Shown here: positions 37,904-51,900 of the stretch, piece by piece | How positions within the stretch are numbered: position 1 is the first letter of the stretch | Layout of the letters: every line of letters begins with the position of its first letter | The notes under the pieces: generated by a model | What the model was told of the DNA's origin: nothing | The model's database searches: none | The model's input: the letters and a program-made list of their open reading frames with translations, nothing else | Made by a program: the position numbers and the translations under genes | Assembly: GCA_000002445.1 (NCBI GenBank) | Contig: AL929603.2 | Location: 32,001 to 96,000, forward strand | Reading direction: 5' to 3' | From: Trypanosoma brucei | Lineage: Eukaryota | Length of the DNA: 64,000 nucleotides

Positions 37904-40405
37904 CTATGCATTGTTACCACCTCTATTGTTAACTCCGTTGTTATTTTCACCTCTTGTTTTCAATTCAACGTATAGTGCAATAATGTGTTTATAAAGTGAG
38001 ACCGCGAACTGACGCACTTCCCTTTTCCAAAATCTTTCCTCAACCTCATTATTTTGCCCTTCATCTCTGTCAGTCCTTTCACAGCACTGCGGCTTCGTAA
38101 TTTTTTCGCTGTCAACCCTTTGGACATAAATTATTTCCCATACCATATCATTGGAAAAATTGTCCCAACCTTGGAAGTAACTTCGCAAATACCTCTTCAT
38201 CTTAAATAACCCACCGGTGCTGCAGGGATGTCTACCGGAAACTGTGTACTGCAGTCCCACAAAAGTCTTCGGGCTCTCAACGAAAAAGAACGCATCAACA
38301 ACTGGGAAACTCCTTGATTGCGGCTTGTACAATTTCATATATTGAATTTCAGCTCCAGCTACAATTGGAACATCCTCAGGAACCACAATCGAAGGACCAA
38401 TGAGTCTTGGTTCTTGCAGCACCTGCAGCACACTTTGTGGAATTTGATTCCTAGCAAATGAAAGGCCCTGTAACTCCCTTGCCAACTCAGTTAGTGTATT
38501 CTCATGCGACAATGCTTCAATGCCACTCTTCTCAAACATGTAGGCGGCGATAGCGCGGTTAGACAGCAGAGCAGACATTGCAGCATATTTATCCGTTAGC
38601 CAAGGTATCAGAAAGTCTAAAATAGCTTGTCCCGTGTAAGATGAAAGCGGTCTGCAGCGATACATTTCACACAGGAGCTTCTCCTCCTTCACTCGAACAA
38701 CCCCTACTAACTTGTGTGATACTTCATCTGTTTGCCACATAGCTGCGTTTTGGAAATATTTAGCGTAATCATTCATATCATCATCTTTCATTTTGCCAAT
38801 GGCTTCCTGAACCTTTCCCTCCTGCCTGTTATACGAACTAAGACGACCAATATGACGAAGCAGTGGACCAACGATACGAATGCGACCTTGAATTTCTTGC
38901 CATTCACTTTCAATTTTCTCCTTTGCAACTGGAGGACTCCACTTGTAAGCAGGAGCAATTTTCCCCCATCTCGATATGTGTATGGCTTCCAAATCCTTCA
39001 ATGTATCACAGTTCATGTAAATATCTGAGGCGGTGTTTTGCTTGGACCATTCATGGAATTGCTTGACGTTTGGAGAGCTCAAAGCAATACCGGCACAACC
39101 AGCAGGTGGTTTCGTCGGAGCAGGATGGTCCTTGTCCACATCGAATATAACGTATCCCTTGATATCCTCACCGCTACGTGATCCTCCGATTATTTGCTCA
39201 ACAACTGTAAATGCATTCCCATAATCATTGTAAAACGTAACATATCCTGCTCGACCACCTATGGGTTTGTGAAACACATACGCCTTACCCCTCACAACGT
39301 ATATGATAATCTGAAGCTGACTCGCTTCATAATGCAGTAGTTTGTATAACAGTAGGGATCCCACGGAAAACGATTTACCAATACCAGGTGTACCAATAAG
39401 AACATTAGACGCATCGTCAACAATCACTTCATCCATAAGCCACCGGTTAAGCACATTCTCCACCTTGTACCACACCCTCAGTGCTTCCCTGCGGATATAA
39501 ACATCACTTTTAAAAACATACTCCACTCCCTTCTCATGATTAATATCATAATCATTTGGGTTCTTTTCGAAAGACGTGTATGGCCAACCCATTTGAGATG
39601 TAAGCACAGCAATCTCCAAGTTACCGTGACGGGGAAGTGGTTCGTTCATAGTTTCCGGAGTGTGACTGACATCAACCTCCTCCTTCGTCCACATGTGTGG
39701 CGGTCTTCCATTGAACACTTTCATGCCAAGTGGCTCTTCATCATAACCCGACTCCACATAACCCCACGTCGCATTGTATATAGAATCATATACTCCTTTA
39801 AGTTCGCTACCATCAGCTGTTTGGGCAGCTCGCTTTTCCGCTCTCTTGGCGGCCGTCACCGCTCCATCCAACCTTCCCCTCGCCACGGGACCAACAAATT
39901 CTCTTATTTCCACTGTCCCCTTCTCCTCCCACTGACTGAGGTAGTAAATTTCTTTTTCGTCAAGGTAGTCTACCTTCTCAGACAGATCAATAGCTGTCTT
40001 CACTGTTTTAAACTCATTAGTGCCTTGTATATCCTCAAGAATCTCAGCATCAACAATATATTTTCTGGGATTCTTAACAAAAATGGGCATCCTAACATTT
40101 TCTGCCTCAGCCACCGCAAAAGTCCCGCCAACGAACTTCTGAATAAAGTCGTTCACTGTCATATCCCTCAAACCCGCATAATCATCCAGCAGCACATCCC
40201 TCACCTTACTATCCATTGTCCAGTTGGGCCCCCCTTCAGTTCTCTGCCGTATTTGTGGAGGCTGAGCAGCAGCAGCAGCAGCAGGAGGAGGAGGCGGCGG
40301 TACATTTTCATCCCGTGGCCTCCTCATGGGCCCTTCAAAATTATCTGCCACTTGTTGATTTTCATTATTTCCTTGTGGAGCTGCGGGACTATTTGCTCTT
40401 GACAT
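37904..40405 (-). CDS. Retrotransposon hot spot (RHS) protein, d/f subtype (833 aa), intact
   Basis: Real ATG (gacat on plus strand at 40401-40405 gives MSR). N-terminus MSRANSPAAPQGNNENQQ with PPPPPPAAAAAAQPPQ encoded by a (gca/gga/ggc) triplet run. P-loop VLIGTPGIGKSFSVGSLLLYKLLHY. The 2502-nt ORF has no interruption. Confidence 0.88.
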   Translation of the reverse strand: MSRANSPAAPQGNNENQQVADNFEGPMRRPRDENVPPPPPPAAAAAAQPPQIRQRTEGGPNWTMDSKVRDVLLDDYAGLRDMTVNDFIQKFVGGTFAVAEAENVRMPIFVKNPRKYIVDAEILEDIQGTNEFKTVKTAIDLSEKVDYLDEKEIYYLSQWEEKGTVEIREFVGPVARGRLDGAVTAAKRAEKRAAQTADGSELKGVYDSIYNATWGYVESGYDEEPLGMKVFNGRPPHMWTKEEVDVSHTPETMNEPLPRHGNLEIAVLTSQMGWPYTSFEKNPNDYDINHEKGVEYVFKSDVYIRREALRVWYKVENVLNRWLMDEVIVDDASNVLIGTPGIGKSFSVGSLLLYKLLHYEASQLQIIIYVVRGKAYVFHKPIGGRAGYVTFYNDYGNAFTVVEQIIGGSRSGEDIKGYVIFDVDKDHPAPTKPPAGCAGIALSSPNVKQFHEWSKQNTASDIYMNCDTLKDLEAIHISRWGKIAPAYKWSPPVAKEKIESEWQEIQGRIRIVGPLLRHIGRLSSYNRQEGKVQEAIGKMKDDDMNDYAKYFQNAAMWQTDEVSHKLVGVVRVKEEKLLCEMYRCRPLSSYTGQAILDFLIPWLTDKYAAMSALLSNRAIAAYMFEKSGIEALSHENTLTELARELQGLSFARNQIPQSVLQVLQEPRLIGPSIVVPEDVPIVAGAEIQYMKLYKPQSRSFPVVDAFFFVESPKTFVGLQYTVSGRHPCSTGGLFKMKRYLRSYFQGWDNFSNDMVWEIIYVQRVDSEKITKPQCCERTDRDEGQNNEVEERFWKREVRQFAVSLYKHIIALYVELKTRGENNNGVNNRGGNNA

Positions 40406-43400
40406 AACTCTCTTAATATTATTAACTTAACTTCCTTTCCTTTTCTTTTTTCTCTGAAATTATAAATAACTGAAGTAAAATAATAGATAAGAAAACAATA
40501 GCGGGTGAACAGTGTAACATAATATCAAATGTAATAGAGCGCGTTAATGTTTATTCACTATAGTTTGCAGAATATGATATCATAATGTATTTGGTATTGA
40601 GAGGAACAATTTCAAAATATAGCAGCTGTAAATAAATATTTCCCTTGCTTCATTATCATGTGCTAAATATAATGAACTTCATACATCATTTCTTTAACTA
40701 TGAATAACATGCAGACAAAAAATATTACTGCCTCATATACCTGCATAAACACTTCGTATATATAATCAATATTTAAAGAGAGTCAAATTCTATTGATTAA
40801 AATCAAGTAAAACAATAAACAAAAAATTTATGGATATTAATGAAGCGAAGAAAAAGAGTATCGGCACAACACATAGATATACACACACATGAATACACAC
40901 CACACAACTACACAACTGTTCCACTGGAGTTTCCTCACTTCTGTCAATACGTAACATTCACTTGCATTGAATAAACTCATTGAAATATAAATCACTTATC
41001 CCCTCCCCCGTGTATTCACTTACTTCCAAAGGAGAATATTAAATAATGTCTGTAGGACAGGTAAAAAAAAACTGATAGTCTTTTTGCATCAGATAACCAG
41101 AGAGTATTTCTGTTTACTTTCATAATAAATAAAAACATTCTTTCACCTTCAGTTAAAATAAAATTTAATTACTTGCCTCCTCATTGTTCACAACTATCAA
41201 CAACTAATTCAGCGACACAAATTCATATGTATTTTATGTGCCATCGTTGTTTGATTCATTCACACACCTTTTATGATAGCGATAATACAACATATGGAAA
41301 ATAATTGGAATAAAATTAATACAATTAATTGAGGAAACCGTAAAAGATTATCATAACATATCTTTTATTTTCCCTCCTTTCATTTACACTGATTAATTAT
41401 GTAATGAGACAATTCCTTTTCAGTACGTGTCCACACTTATTGTATCATCATTGTAAGTTTCCTATTGCTCATATACACAAAGTTATTGGAATAACAAAAA
41501 AATAAAACAACACATCTAAATAACTTGAAAAAATATATAACAAATAAAGGTAATAAAGAAAATAAGCGTGAACAGACAGATAATAAAATGAAACACGTCT
41601 CGCACTTTCCTTCTAAATATTCAATAGTTGTATGTTACAAATAAAAACAATTACACATTATAGAAAAGAAGAGATATAATTACATTATACACCTGTATGT
41701 GGATATGTAACAGTGAGTCATAGTAGAAATAAATTGTCTAAACACAATAGTTATGGAAGATAAAATAATTCAAAATATCAATAATATTATTCTATCAACA
41801 TTCCCTTCCTTCTCCATTAAGTTTTCAAATGGTTTCAAATAATAATTCACATAATCTCATACATATGTTATGATGGGTTTTGCATGCAGTACAATTTAAA
41901 GGAAGTGTAGCTCATATAACATTTTCAAAAATAGGTATTGAATGACTGTTTGCTACCATCAATTACATTTCCAATGCCTGATTACACTTTTATATGCATG
42001 AAGGAAGTTACTGATGATAACTTTGACATGCTCGAGAATTCATAACACAAAGCGACTGCTGCATGCAATAAAAAATAAAAATAAAAATAACATCCGAATT
42101 CATTTACTGACAGATGAGTGCAATTCATTCACCCAAACTTCATAGCTGCAAATATAAACTCGCTGCTGCCAATAGGAAATAATCCCGCATAAATATTGAG
42201 TATCTGAAAATGATAGCAACGGGTTTCCATTTTTGAAATATATACATAAACTACATGAGGTATATGAAGCCATATTGGTAAAGTGTCACTACGCATGTTG
42301 CAATTTACTATCAGAAGTGTCTGCCTTATTTTATTTCTTGTGTTAATGTAACTCATGAGTATTATTCATTATTCTTTACAATACAACTGTAAGTCATTTT
42401 GCATTTTTACATATTTTCTTATTCCCTCATACTGGAAGTGTTCCACATATAATATTCCTCAATATCGTTCACAAAATAAAAATAATTTTATTTACTTCTG
42501 CATTCAGTTTCTTGTGCAGCAGTGTGTACACTAATCATCCATAAAGTTTTTAATTTGCCAAATACATCATTACGAAACTATTTTCATACACAAACACAAA
42601 CACATACAAATAAACAACCAAACATTTTTAAATGTTGTTGTGAAACGGAAATTGAATCACGGAAAATTGTGGGGCGCACACGTAATGGGCACCATGAATG
42701 CCTCTTTGGATATTCCTCTATGGATTTTCACCAGCATCATCAACTTACTTTTTGTGTAAAAAAAAACAAAAAAGAAATAAAGGTACAAATGCATTAATAA
42801 ACCCAACTCCTCAGCAGGAAATCAAGAACAGGAAGCCACGAAAAGCGTATGGCACATATGATTTTCACCTCTCAGTTACTTGAGGTGGATCGCATGATTT
42901 ACCCACCTTCTAAGAGCACACCCTCCGAGAGGCCCGATTAAAAGAAAAAAAAACGCTATGACGGTTGAAAAGACGTTTTTCATAAACCTTCACTTTATAC
43001 GTGAGGATGCATGAATAAACAATGATAACGATGAGAATGCTAACGGAAACAATGACGAACCGTGAGGATCCTAGAAAAAAAAATAAAATAAAATCATCAC
43101 GTACCTTCGCAGTAGGGAAACTTAATAAATAACAAAATATAAATATTCCCTACACAGAGGTATAGGGAGTGTTCGTCAACTTCGTAATTCTAATCAAAAA
43201 GTCTTCAAATGTATCGATCATTCGTGTAGTCAATCAAATAAGAAGTAACATGTACTACACGCACAAAAGCACACTTACAAAGCCTACAAACCCACTTGCC
43301 CCCTTTTAGAGAATACCACTCTCTAGTCAGTGATAGGAGAGGTGATATTAAAAGCATTCCCTTTATAATTATTTCTGACTCCTCAATTCGTTGCAACATA

Positions 43401-43423
43401 ACATAACATGCAAAGATGTTGCA
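37904..43423. repeat. Segmental duplication, copy 1 (RHS-d + U + G-segment), near-identical to 53854-59364
   Basis: Direct comparison of long strings. For example, 40406-40560 equals 56356-56510 base for base. 42880-43420 is almost the same as 58820-59360. Confidence 0.85.
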
Positions 43424-45915
43424 TCAGGCAGCGGGGCCACCAGCAATAGCGTTTGGTTCATCCTGGGTGATCTCCTTAACAATATTCCCTTCCATCTTCA
43501 CTTGAAACTGGTTGATTCTATTCCACAACTCTGTAGTATAATCGCCTCTGCCCCCAACTGGTTCGCACTTCTGCCTCTCCTCGATTGGCTTGCTGTCACT
43601 GTACTGTATGTAAATCAGCTCCCATTTCAAGTTTCTTGCGAGCTTATCCCATTCACCAAACAATTGTTTCATTGCCTTGATAAACTTATCTACCTTCTCT
43701 CGTGTCGTGTGATGCGTTGGTGCCACTGTCGGCTGGAGCAGAACAATTGTTCTTGTAATGATCGCTCTTCCTTCTCTATCAACAGCTGGCTCAGTTACAA
43801 AGAAAAAGGCGTCCACAACGGGGAAATTTCCCTGTACAGGTCGGTAAAGGCACCCAACCTCAATGTCTTGGCCTGTCGTTTCGGGTAAATATGACGAAGT
43901 GAAGTTGGAACACGTCCCACGGCATTACCACTTGCCAGAGCGGATACATTTGAATCCATTTCTTCTCCAACGCGAGGGAGATACCGCAGGTGCGTCACAA
44001 TCGTCTGCACAACATTTCCCATCGTGAAGGCATATATGCCCACATTTTCAAATTCATCAGCGGCCTGCTCTTTTTTCCCACGAAAAACCTTTCGAAGGTA
44101 ATTGTCTCGCATACATGCTGTGTCCGCCCACTCTCTCAATTTCTGCTCAATATCAATGGAAACAGCTCTGTTTCTGCATTCTTCTCCATTCTCAGTTACA
44201 ACCCGGACCAACTTAGCCAACCTGTATGTAGTCCCGTCCTCGCGCCATTCAACTCGACTATTCAGCACCTTCATGTAGTGTTCAGCATCGCCTCTACTGA
44301 TTTCTGCCAGTGCCTCATTTATTTCTCTAACATGGTCACAATAGGGTTTGTCACCTTCCAGTACGTGGCGGGGCAGTGGGCCCACCTTCTTAATCCATCC
44401 TTCTATTTTCTGCCATTCATTCTCAAGGTTTATGATGTGAGCTTCGGTGATTTTACTTTCGTCCAACTTCGACAGCCGCCTCCACGCAACCGCAGCCTTC
44501 AGTTCCACCTCTTCATAGCAATTGATGCAAAAGCGCTCGCAAGCCCGTGGCCGCTTCCAGCGTCTGTAGTTATTTGGATCTGGAGATGTCAACACAATTA
44601 CGGGCCACGTTTCCGGCAATTTTGTCGGTATGGGTTCATCTCTCTCTTTCGCAAAGTCGTATATAATGTAACCAAGACCTTCTTCATCAGCCAAGTCATT
44701 GACAGCATCCACTCCATCTTTTTCTTCTTCATAAAATACAACCTTTCTCGGATGATCATTTGTCGCCCTGAAGAAAATATATGCCCTACCCTTCACAAAA
44801 TAAGCGATAATCCGCAACAGCTCCGAATCGTAATGCAGCAACCTTTGGAGCAGAAACGAGCCAACACCAAATGATTTCCCAATACCTGGAGTGCCAACGA
44901 GGACGCAAGGTATCTTTTTTTTATTCACGCCTGGCCCTAACCACAAATCCAGCCTCTGCTTCACAAGATACCACACTCTCATTACCTCTCGACGAATGTA
45001 CACATCCCGGTCAAACACGTAGTCTCCTGGTTCCTCCGCACCCTCTTGAATTACACTTCGCGGAATGCGGAAACGGTTATACGGCCAACCCTTCTGCGAG
45101 GTGAGCACAGCAATCTCCAAATTACCGTGACGAGGCAGTGGGTCGCACAAGTCATAAGGCGTGTGACTGACATTCACCTCCTCTTCTGTCCACAACTCGG
45201 GCTCGCCGTCACAATTACCCACAACCTTCATGCCAAGAGGTAAATCATTGTGACCCGACTCCACATAACCCCACGTCGCATTGTATATGGATTCATATAC
45301 TCCTTTCAGTTCGACACCATCAGCTTTTTGGGCAGCTCTTTTCCTTGCTTCTTTGGCGGCCGCCAACGCTCCATCCAACCTTCCCCTCGCCATGGGACCA
45401 ACAAATTCTCTTATTTCCACTGTCCCCTTCTCCTCCCACTGACTGAGGTAGTAAATTTCTTTTTCGTCAAGGTACCTTGCTTTCCGCTTCATTTCAGAGA
45501 ATTGGTTATATAATTCTTTATATTCCTCAAACTCATCAAGCCGCCGTATCCTTCCTAGAATCCCGGCATCCAAAATATAATCCTCCGGGCTCTGGACAAA
45601 CACATCCATTGCCACATTCTCTGTGTCATACGTATTAGAGAATTTTTTCAGCAAAAAGTCATGCACTGTCATATCCCTCAAACCCGCATAATCATCCAGC
45701 AGCACATCCCTCACCTTACTATCCATTGTCCAGTTGGGCCCCCCTTCAGTTCTCTGCCGTATTTGTGGAGGCTGAGCAGCAGCAGCAGCAGCAGGAGGAG
45801 GAGGCGGCGGTACATTTTCATCCCGTGGCCTCCTCATGGGCCCTTCAAAATTATCTGCCACTTGTTGATTTTCATTATTTCCTTGTGGAGCTGCGGGACT
45901 ATTTGCTCTTGACAT
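43424..45915 (-). pseudogene. RHS, e/g subtype. Full length but frameshifted (706-aa + 130-aa ORFs).
   Basis: A 1-bp difference in a G-run (plus-strand ggg at 43883-43885, versus gggg at the paralogous 59825-59828 in RHS-g) shifts the frame after RHIYP. The downstream 130-aa ORF resumes the RHS C-terminus (DAFFFVTEPAVDREGRAII...). Confidence 0.8.
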
Positions 45916-48900
45916 AACTCTCTTAATATTATTAACTTAACTTCCTTTCCTTTCCTTTTTTCTCTGAAATTATAAATAACTGAAGTAAAATAATATATAA
46001 GGAAACAATAGCGGGTGAACAGTGTAACATAATATCAAATGTGATAGAGCAATATAATGTTTACTCACTATAGTTTGTATAATATGATATCATAATGCAT
46101 TTGGTATTGAGGGGAACAATTTCAAAATATAGCAGCTGTAAATAAATATTTCCCTTGCTTCATTATCATGTGCTAAATATAATGAACTTCATACATCATT
46201 TCTTTTTAAACCATGAATAATATGGAAACAAAAAATATTACTGCCTCATATACCTGCATAAACACTTCGTATATATAATCAATATTTAAAGAGAGTCAAA
46301 TTCTATCAATTAAAATCAAGTTAAACAAAAAACAAAAAATTTATGGATACTAATGAAACGAAGAAAAAGAGTATCGGCACAACACATAGATATACACACA
46401 TGGATACGCACTACACAACTGTTCCACTGGAGTTTCCTCACTTCTGTCAATACGTAATATTCACTTGCATTGAATAAACTCATTGAAATATAAATCACTT
46501 ATCCCCTCCCCCGTGTATTCACTTACTTCCAAAGGAGAATATTAAATAATGTCTGTAGGACAGGTAAAAAAAACTGATAGTCTTTTTGCATCAGATAACC
46601 AGAGAGTATTTCTGTTTACTTTCATAATAAATAAAAACATTCTTTCACCTTCAGTTAAAATAAAATTTAATTACTTGCCTCCTCATTGTTCACAACTATC
46701 AACAACTAATTCAGCGACACAAATTCACATGTATTTTATGTGCCTTCGTTGTTTGATTCATTCACACATCTTTTATGATGGTGATTATACAACTTATTGT
46801 AAAAAATTGGAATAAAATTAATACAATTAATTGAGGAAACCGTAAAAGATTATCATAACATATCTTTTATTTTCCCTCCCTTCATTTACACAGATTAAAT
46901 ATGTAATGATAAAATTCCTTTTCAGTACGTGTCCACACTTATTGTATCATCATTGTAAGTTTCCTATTGCTCATATACACAAAGCTATTGGAATAACAAA
47001 AACATAAAACAACACATCTAAAGAACTTGAAAAAATATATAATAAATGTAAAAGAGGATGTATGAACTGACAGATAATAAAATGAAACACGTCTCGCATT
47101 TTCCTTCTAAATATTCAATAGTTGGCGGATTACAAAACAATTACACATTATAGAAAGGAAGGAATATAATTACATTATACATCTGCATGTGGATATGTAA
47201 CAGTGAGTCATAGTAGAGATGAATTGCCTAAACACGATAGTTATGGAAGATAACATAATTCAAAATATCAAAAATATTATTCTATCAAAATTCCCTTCCT
47301 TCTCCATTAAGTTTTCAAATGGTTTCAAATAATAATTCACATAATTCCATACATATGTTATGATGGGTATTGCATGCAGTACAATTTAAAGGAAGTGCAA
47401 CTCATATAACATTTTCAAAAAAAGGTATTGAATGGTTGTTTGCTACCATCAATTACATTTCCAATGCCTAATTACACTTTTATATGCATGAAGGAAGTTA
47501 CTGATCATAACTTTGACATGCTCGAGAATCCATAACACAAAGCGACTGCTGCATGCAATAAAAAATATAAATATAAATAACATCCGAATTCATTTACTGA
47601 CAGATGAGTGCAATTCATTCATCCAAACTTCATAGCTGCAGAAATAAACTCGTTGCTTCCAATAGGAAATGATCGCGCATAAATATTGAGTATCTGAAAA
47701 TGATAGCAACGGGTTTCCATTTTTGAAATATATACATAAACTACATGATGTATATGAAGCCATATTTGTAAAGTGTCACTACGCATGTTGCAATTTACTA
47801 TCAGAAGTGTCTGCCTTATTTTATTTCTTGTGTTAATGTAACTCATGAGTATTATTCATTATTCTTTACAATACAACTGTAAGTCATTTTGCATTTTTAC
47901 ATATTTCCTTATTCTCTCATACTGGAAGTATTCCACATATAAGATTCCTCAATATCGTTCACAAAATAAAAATAATTTTATTTACTTCTGCATTCAGTTT
48001 CTCGTGTAGCAGTGTGCACTAATCATCCATAAAGTTTTTAATTTGCCAAATACATCATTACGAAACTATTTTCCACAAATAAACAAACAAACAAATCATT
48101 GGGACAATATCTTTGAGATATTTCCTTTACTACATTTGCAGTTCAGTAGTAATTAAAATACACTTTTTGTATAATTCAACACATGGTGGAATTGCAAAGA
48201 AATGTGATGGTACTTATAATCAACAAGTTCCCAATTTTCCTCATACGGTCTCCTTTCATGCCTTTACATCCATATATAATTCACAGAGAATTACTGCAAT
48301 TTCTTTCATATGCTTTCAGGATTCCATATGTCACAATACAAATAATATATATATATATATCCTCCTACATAATTTGGACAGAATATTGCTTAACATATAA
48401 ATTATCACAAACCTACGATATTACACTCTTCCTAAGAATAATAGAATCAAATTATTTCTATTTTGCATCATTACATGAAGCTTTGGAAAATGAAAAAAAA
48501 GAATCAAACAAAAGGTAATGTAAACAACACAGTTTTTTAATACAGAATATAACTTGTTTGTGAATTTCAGATGCAAACACAAAATGTTCAAACAGGGAAA
48601 CAGTAAAGGACGGTACTGGTGATGTAAGCACAAATTAATCAAAAATAGAAACATAAATAAATTTGAAACTTATAAAAACACAAATATATATGATACAAAT
48701 ATTTACCACATATTATAATTCGCCACCCTCACACTTGAATTACAAAAAGTACATAACACACATATGTGCCATCTTCTTAACATAATCATTCCAATATTTA
48801 CTCAGTATGTGTGTGTGTGTAGAAATGATGAAATGTAATTGTAACAAATCAGGCACAACACAAACAAAATATATGCATTATATTATTCTCTAAAAAGTAG

Positions 48901-51900
48901 AAGAATAAAAATCAAGAAATATTACGCAGCTTTCCTCACAAGTAATTTTGTTTCTGTGCATATATATATACATAACACGACAGCTGACAACATTAAACTC
49001 TCAATTCCATAATATCTGACGCCTGAAGTGATAATTAGCCGCGGATGCCTCTATCAAAAAACAACAGAAATAACAACATCAAAGCATGTTTTGAAAGCTT
49101 AAATAAACTTCCTCATGGATAAACCATTTGTACAAAGTTTGAGTGACAAGTAGGAGGAACAAAGAAAAAATAAAAAAAGAAGAATTAAATGGTAAAAGAA
49201 TTGCGTGTGATATAACTAAAGGATTTGTTAGGCACTACACTCATTAAACTCCAGTTTCATAAAAATACTGCAAGGCATAATATTTACTGCTTTACCGGTT
49301 ATGTGCCTCCAGCAAGCAATAATAAATACTTCGAGTATTATTCGATTTCTGATGCTATGAAGTGTGTAATAAATTAGTGCATGAGTAAAATATTCAAATG
49401 TTGGTGTTCACTTCAGATTATAAACTCTGCACTATGAATGTCTAGCGATGTTTATAATTTGAGAGAGCAAAAGTGACGGCGCTACTATTTATTTCTTCCG
49501 GTTCATGAATATATATAAATATATTTATACATATATAATCAGATGTGACATGCAAAAGCGTTTAAACATCAGGCATGAACATCTTTCCATCCATTTAAAG
49601 TAAGACGATACAATAAGGTAAGTTTAGGATGAAGTGAAGGTATCATAATGTTAATATCTTCCTTCAAGCGGAGGATTCAATTCAAATAGGCGTACTTCAC
49701 AAACAATAGTAAAATAACTGAGAAAACTTATATCACTTAATCGTTATTTCCTTCAATTCTTATTTTGAATCGCTCTGTACCGTCACACCTTCAATAAAGT
49801 ATATAGTGACGCATTTCACACATCTTCCCTAAGCCATCTCTCATAGTCATAGTTCTCAACAGCAATAATAACAAATAATGAATGGTTTAGTTCTTACCTT
49901 CCCTTTTTTACTACCCACAAGAAAGATATACGAAATAATTATCATGCTGAATAAACAGTAAGGTTTCCTCATCATCCTACGCAAAATATGAATTGAAACG
50001 ATAATTTACTAACGAAGCGGAAGTGTCTGAAAGCGTCTTTAACTCATCTCCTGTGCGGGGCGAAGAGGGTTGTGTTGTGTGGGCTTTCTAAAAATTTCAC
50101 TCTCTTGCAGACAGCTGTGTAAATAAACGGGGAGTACAGGTGTGTTTAGAGAAATATAACCGTACAAAATAATACTCTGCACTCCTAAGTCCAAAACAAC
50201 CATTCATAATGCAGGCTTTCATTAAAAAAATAAGTAGCAGTAGTAGTAGTAAGGAGAAAGCTATTGTTTTTTCTCACTCCTGCTGCCACGTACATCATGC
50301 ATGATACAACAGTTTCCATTTATTCTATAGTAGATTTTTTCACATAGCAAGGGATACTCGGAATTGTTGTGTCACTTTCGTTGTCCCAGCCATACTGTCT
50401 GCTTTTCATGGTTAAACTAAAACTCCAATGAAATCACATTGTTGTGTCATCTTTTGCAAATCACCAATGATAGTATGCCCTACATTCCTCCATGCTCGTA
50501 ACTATTTTGTTTCCACGACATTTAACCACGTCATGTGCCTCACACTAATAAATATGTTGCATATCCATGTTTGAGTCCTCAATATTTCAGGGGTCGCCTG
50601 CTGCAGCCTCACGAGAAGTGCATGTCCTGAAAAGACCCTTGTGATGGTGTGTAAAACTCCAGGGTTCTCTTTATTAACTGATGGGGAGTCGATTCGAATT
50701 CAATAGTTCCTCATTTTAGTTAAGGCATCGGAACTCCAGCCGAACATCCTCAGGCAACTTCACTTTGGAGAGGAATGACTTTAGATCAAACAATGCTACA
50801 GACTGGTCATGGAGAGTATTTAAATACTGGGAAAAGTGACCCAATGGGAGATATGCCTCATAATCATCCCTGCTCTTTTTAGCCTTTGGTCATGCAATAA
50901 ATCAACGCCTTCTTCCAAATCTGTGTTTCCCCCAATCACAAAGAATAGCACATAACTCATCCTGTCATATGTCTCTCTGAAACTGTGCCAATGATACGCG
51001 GCTGCTTCATTATTTGGGCATACTTTTCTACAATGCGCAATTCTGACTCCTTCTTTGATACTTTCTCTCTTTGTTTCTTTCTGCATCATCTGTGCTATTC
51101 TTAATGCTCCAACCCTCATCAAATCGCTTACTCGCTGCTTGCATCATCCTCTGTCAAATCCACGGAAGGGAAATCATTCCCACATTCATTTCCTATTGGA
51201 GAGGTGAAGTCTTTTTTTTTCCTCATCCCGTGAGGTCACCTTTGTTTTCCCTTGTGAGTGTCAAGGAATGCTGTGCAATCGATAATTTGGGAAAGTTATT
51301 CACCGTTATAAGTCCCGGCTTCCCTCACACTGGGGCCGCACATTCCTTCCAATTGTATCTTACATCAAAAACATTAAAAGAATCGACTTGCTGACGGCAG
51401 CTGTCACATATCTGAGATACCGCACTGTGCTTCGTTGGAGTTCCATTGTGTAGATGTGCTTTCCCATTTGTATTAATAATATGTTGTCAATGTCGTGCTC
51501 CATTGCAACTACTGCCGCTGCGCGTGTCAGCAGTGCTCTTCTCTTTATGGGATGTTCTATCATTACGTATGGTCTTTTCAGTATGGTATCACATTTTTCC
51601 TTTTGTGGTAATGGCTATGATTTTTCCTCTTTCCTCCAGAGGTTCCTCCCTATGACTTTTCTCACACTGGCAATATCCTTTTCCCAGTTGATATTTACGC
51701 ATCGTGTGACTCTGTGGGTATCGCTTTTGAATTTCTTTGGAAGGTTCCCCCCAAAATCCACTATTGAGGCTTGCCTGCCGTGTGAGTGTGGTATAACATT
51801 TTTCTCTTTTTTTTCGGAGCTGTGTAATTTCTTTTTGCCATCGCATGGCTGGGTGTAATTCAGGTCACTACTCATATTGCAACTGGATACCACTCTGGAC

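Noticed and set aside
39536-40402. Plus-strand ORFs overlapping RHS genes (39536-40402, 55486-56352, 43990-44874, 60190-60879, 29886-30326, 19219-19587, 13499-13933 and similar)
   Set aside because: They are antisense to long, conserved minus-strand RHS ORFs. They owe their openness to the RHS codon composition and are duplicated only because the RHS genes are.
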